A program made the translations under genes and the position numbers. Below are positions 25,775 to 28,704 of a DNA stretch of 28,704 nt, in pieces. Position 1 is the stretch's first letter; the number at the start of each line of letters is the position of its first letter. This DNA is from a virus (Duplodnaviria > Caudoviricetes). The notes under the pieces were generated by a model. The model saw only the letters and a list, made by a program, of their open reading frames with translations, ran no database searches and was not told the DNA's origin. The DNA lies in IMG/VR virus record IMGVR_UViG_3300017988_000022, positions 1 to 28,704 of that record. One strand, written 5' to 3'.

Positions 25775-28519
25775 ATGAAAAAGAGTCTTTTGATTCTAGC
25801 TTTGAATGTTGCCGCGCTCGTTGCTCTGGTCTTGTTGGTGAGCATTGCCGCTCGTGGGCAGCAGCCTCAGTCGCAGACCGCGCCGCTCTTCGCGGTGAAC
25901 GCCAAATATGCGCAGGGCGTTGCCCCTGGCTACTGGCCCACAGCCGGAACTGGCCTCACGCTGAATCTGGCCGCGGGGACGGCATTCTGCGGCGGCTCGG
26001 TGGTCACCTACGCCGGCGGCACGCTGACCATGACCGCGTCGGCGACCAACTATGTCTACCTGAACGCGGCGGCGAGCTGCGCGCCTGCGGTAAAGACCAC
26101 AGCCTTTACATCGAGCGATATCCCCATCGCGACTGTGGTTGCAGGATCGAGCGCGATCGGCAGCATCGCCGACGATCGCACAATGTTTCAGCAGCCTGGC
26201 GGATCGAGCGGCAGCGTTGTGTCTTCGATCAACGGTGCGGCGGGCTCGTTCACGCTCTCCGGCGCTGGTGTATCGTGCAGCGGAACAACGTGCACCTTCA
26301 GTACCAGCGGCGCGGGTGCTGGGCCATCGCCTTGCCCTTCCGGCGCAACCTGCGATGCCTTTCCCAATTATTCGGTGGGTGGAACGGCCCTAAATCTGAT
26401 GGCTGCTTATCAGAGTTGCTCTGACGCATCTACCAGTCCAATCGTGACGCTTTCGCACACGAATACCAACGGAACCGATAACGCGGCCTGTCCGGTGGGA
26501 GTGGTGATCAACAATCCGGGCACAGCCGGAACAGCTCTTGCCCAATCCACAGGTCCAGCGCCTTGGATATGCGACAACGCTACCCAGGTGGGCGACTGGG
26601 TGACGCTCTCGATTGCGGCTGATGGAGAGTGCGACGACCGTGGCAGCGGGTTCGGTTACGCGGAAAATGGACTGGATGAAACGCCGCAGACCAACACGAT
26701 TGTGGGTCGGGTGATCACCAGTGGAGCGGCGGGGGCTGTGTCACTTATTAACCTTTTTGACAAGCCTCCCATCTCCTGGGGCTACTCTCCAAACAGACCG
26801 TTTTTCCCGCTGTTCAACGGGCCGGGGTCCAAGTACTTCAACTACAGCGCGTGGTGGCAAGATCCGTCCAGCCTCAACCAGGCCTTCTCGGGCAAGGGTC
26901 AAATCCATCTTTATTTTATCGGCAACGCTGGCTACGACCTGATCGATAATGGCGCGGGTGGCATCGGCAACAGCGGCGCGGATTTCGGTTTCGACACAAT
27001 CAGTCACGGTCTTGGGTTGCCCGCGGCCCAGGAAACCTACTTCAACACGTCCACCTATTACCCGCCGAATGTGCAGAGTGCGAATGGCACTGTCAGTGTT
27101 GGCCAGAACGGTTTTTTCCGGATGTCCGCGTCGTCGGGGCACTTTATCTGGACGCTGGCCGGAAACTCCACCACCTACTGTCCGGTGCAGGATAACCCGG
27201 TGCATCACGTTACCTTCGACATCATCCAAGCGGCGAGCGGCGGCCCATATACCTGGACCTGGCCGAGTTGTTTTAAGAATCCTCCGGCAATTCCGACGAC
27301 TGCCGGGGCTTCGACCATGGTCGGCTTTGTGACGTTCGACGCGGTGAACTATTTCTGTGAATGGGGCTGCCCGGGCAGTGCAGGTGGCCCTCCCACAGGA
27401 TCGGCGAGCGGCGATCTCTCGGGCAGTTATCCAGATCCGACAGTCAGCGGTTTAGAAGGCGTTCCATTTTGTACGGGTTTTACCCCGGCTGCAGGACAGA
27501 GCCTTCAATACACGACTTCAAGTTCTCCTAATCCTTGCTATACGGCGGCAACCGTGAGCGGCGGCAGCGGCGGCATCCCCTATGGCATAGCGACGGGCCC
27601 CGCAAACGCTCAGACCTTGACAACTTCGCCGGCGGTTACATCCCTGACTCCCGGCACGATGGTTATATTCCTCCCGAGTGGCAGCCCGTCGGTGGGAAAT
27701 CCGACACTCAATATCGGGGGCACCGGAGCTAAAACCATCGTCAAGAATGGGGCCTATTTCCCTGTTCCCTTATTCGTGGGCGCGAACGGAGACATGAACG
27801 CTTCGGTCCGTGCAATCGTTGTGTACGATGGAACCTATTTGGTGCTTCAAAATCCGGCCTCTGCGACTTCCTACCTCTATGCAGGCGGAAACAATCTCGG
27901 CTTTTCCGACTCGCCTCCGGCGTCTGCGAGCGTGCAGATCGGAATTGGCGCTCTGACGGCTTCTCAGGATGTGGTGATAGGAACCTCCGCCGAGGGCGGT
28001 GGCCCTGGTGGCGGCAATGATGTTGCTGCGGGATACTATGCTTGCTCAATCTCGGGCGGGTCAAACATTTGCGTCGGGCACAATGCGGGCCGATCTGGGC
28101 CCGGCGCGGGGAATACCATCGTCGGTGCGGAAGCTGGCTACGGCACGACCCATAACTACGGCGAAACGGACGGTGGATACTTTGGGACCGGCACATCTCC
28201 CAGCGCGAACAATGTTAACAATCAATGGCTTTTTGGCTATGGGATTACTTCCTCCTTAAGCAATTACCAGCAGTTAGGCAACTCACTTATCACGGAAACG
28301 GCGATTGGCGGGGTTGAGGTTCCGGTGATAACTTACGGCCACGCTGGAACGCCGTTAATGGCTTGTGTTGCTGGTTTTGAGGGAGCAACGGCGCCTGTGA
28401 ATGATGCGATCTCCCTGACCCCCGGGACGCCTTATTCACCCTCAGCGGGAGCGGGCGGCGATACGACGCGAGTGCAATGTACCTATAACGGCAGCACCTA
28501 CGCCTGGCAAACGATGTGA
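25775..28519 (+). CDS. Mosaic tail-fibre / adhesin-like protein with N-terminal signal peptide (914 aa)
   Basis: GAGGAG RBS before ATG 25775; MKK + long hydrophobic core + IAARG/Q; Gly/Ser/Thr-rich fibre domains, GDLSGSYPDPTV, PTLNIGGTGAKTI, N..VG..AG repeats; 20 Cys. Confidence 0.75.
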   Translation: MKKSLLILALNVAALVALVLLVSIAARGQQPQSQTAPLFAVNAKYAQGVAPGYWPTAGTGLTLNLAAGTAFCGGSVVTYAGGTLTMTASATNYVYLNAAASCAPAVKTTAFTSSDIPIATVVAGSSAIGSIADDRTMFQQPGGSSGSVVSSINGAAGSFTLSGAGVSCSGTTCTFSTSGAGAGPSPCPSGATCDAFPNYSVGGTALNLMAAYQSCSDASTSPIVTLSHTNTNGTDNAACPVGVVINNPGTAGTALAQSTGPAPWICDNATQVGDWVTLSIAADGECDDRGSGFGYAENGLDETPQTNTIVGRVITSGAAGAVSLINLFDKPPISWGYSPNRPFFPLFNGPGSKYFNYSAWWQDPSSLNQAFSGKGQIHLYFIGNAGYDLIDNGAGGIGNSGADFGFDTISHGLGLPAAQETYFNTSTYYPPNVQSANGTVSVGQNGFFRMSASSGHFIWTLAGNSTTYCPVQDNPVHHVTFDIIQAASGGPYTWTWPSCFKNPPAIPTTAGASTMVGFVTFDAVNYFCEWGCPGSAGGPPTGSASGDLSGSYPDPTVSGLEGVPFCTGFTPAAGQSLQYTTSSSPNPCYTAATVSGGSGGIPYGIATGPANAQTLTTSPAVTSLTPGTMVIFLPSGSPSVGNPTLNIGGTGAKTIVKNGAYFPVPLFVGANGDMNASVRAIVVYDGTYLVLQNPASATSYLYAGGNNLGFSDSPPASASVQIGIGALTASQDVVIGTSAEGGGPGGGNDVAAGYYACSISGGSNICVGHNAGRSGPGAGNTIVGAEAGYGTTHNYGETDGGYFGTGTSPSANNVNNQWLFGYGITSSLSNYQQLGNSLITETAIGGVEVPVITYGHAGTPLMACVAGFEGATAPVNDAISLTPGTPYSPSAGAGGDTTRVQCTYNGSTYAWQTM

Positions 28520-28541
28520 GATAGCGAGCGCTGCGGCGTCA

Positions 28542-28609
28542 TTTGGGGTGGCTTTTGGAGGGAAGTGAGGGTGCTGGATGCTGGATTGGGACCCTGCTTT
28601 GGGGTGGCT
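28542..28609 (+). repeat. 12-bp direct repeat TTTGGGGTGGCT
   Basis: Exact copies at 28542-28553 and 28598-28609. Confidence 0.6.
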
Positions 28610-28637
28610 GGACGCTGAGCCTATGAAAAAATGGATA

Positions 28638-28704
28638 CCGGAATTATTTGTCACACCTATGACACGTAATTCTGGGAACCCATGACACGCAATTCCGGCA
28701 GCCA
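28638..28704. repeat. Putative right end (attR) of the transposable phage: three transposase-binding sites and terminal CA
   Basis: TGACACGTAATTCTGG (28660-28675), TGACACGCAATTCCGG (28683-28698) and inverted TGACAAATAATTCCGG (28638-28653, minus strand); sequence ends ...CA. Confidence 0.8.

Larger units (their letters stand above)
1..28704 (+). mobile_element. Right (late) part of a Mu-like transposable prophage with siphovirus-type tail
   Basis: Co-oriented lysis-terminase-portal-capsid-tail gene order; Mu gp26/gp27/gpF/gpT-like genes; no sheath gene; Mu-type end repeats and terminal CA at 28638-28704. Transposase and repressor are not in the window. Confidence 0.9.

Noticed and set aside
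28442-28654. 70-aa minus-strand ORF at the right end
   Set aside because: It starts inside the inverted end repeat, overlaps the fibre gene and has no recognisable features.
25411-28704. Diversity-generating retroelement or invertible host-range cassette at the fibre locus
   Set aside because: No reverse transcriptase, no TR/VR pair, no invertase and no flanking inverted repeats are visible in this window.
28638-28704. End repeats as a CRISPR array
   Set aside because: Only 16-bp units with 6-7 nt gaps, one of them inverted; this fits transposase sites, not repeat-spacer structure.
1-28704. Host assignment (style suggestive of Acidobacteriota) and tRNA/rRNA genes
   Set aside because: No host gene is in the window, so the host cannot be supported; no tRNA or rRNA signature was seen.

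Overview
The whole window is the late (lysis, packaging, head, tail) half of a GC-rich transposable Mu-like prophage with a non-contractile tail. All real genes are on the + strand and are tightly coupled. The order is: GH73 endolysin and membrane proteins, Mu gp25/gp26/gp27-like genes, terminase, portal, gpF-like minor head protein, ChaB-like gene, one fused protease-scaffold-major capsid ORF, neck genes, tail tube, chaperones, tape measure, Dit, gpL-like, gpJ-like and fibre genes. The window stops at what looks like the phage right end (three putative transposase sites, terminal CA). The most notable observations are: (1) the terminal tail-fibre-like gene has a Sec-type signal peptide and 20 cysteines in pairs, suggesting a fibre exported and folded outside the cytoplasm; (2) two matching activator-dependent late promoters (3 x 9-bp repeats plus an equally spaced TAnTCT box); (3) a 13-bp long-range inverted repeat joining the first promoter's -10 box to the endolysin RBS; (4) a 10-bp-phased DNA segment resembling a Mu strong gyrase site inside a membrane-anchored HNH-like gene; (5) an internal start in the capsid polyprotein. 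All family assignments come from motif recognition and synteny by eye, not from database searches.
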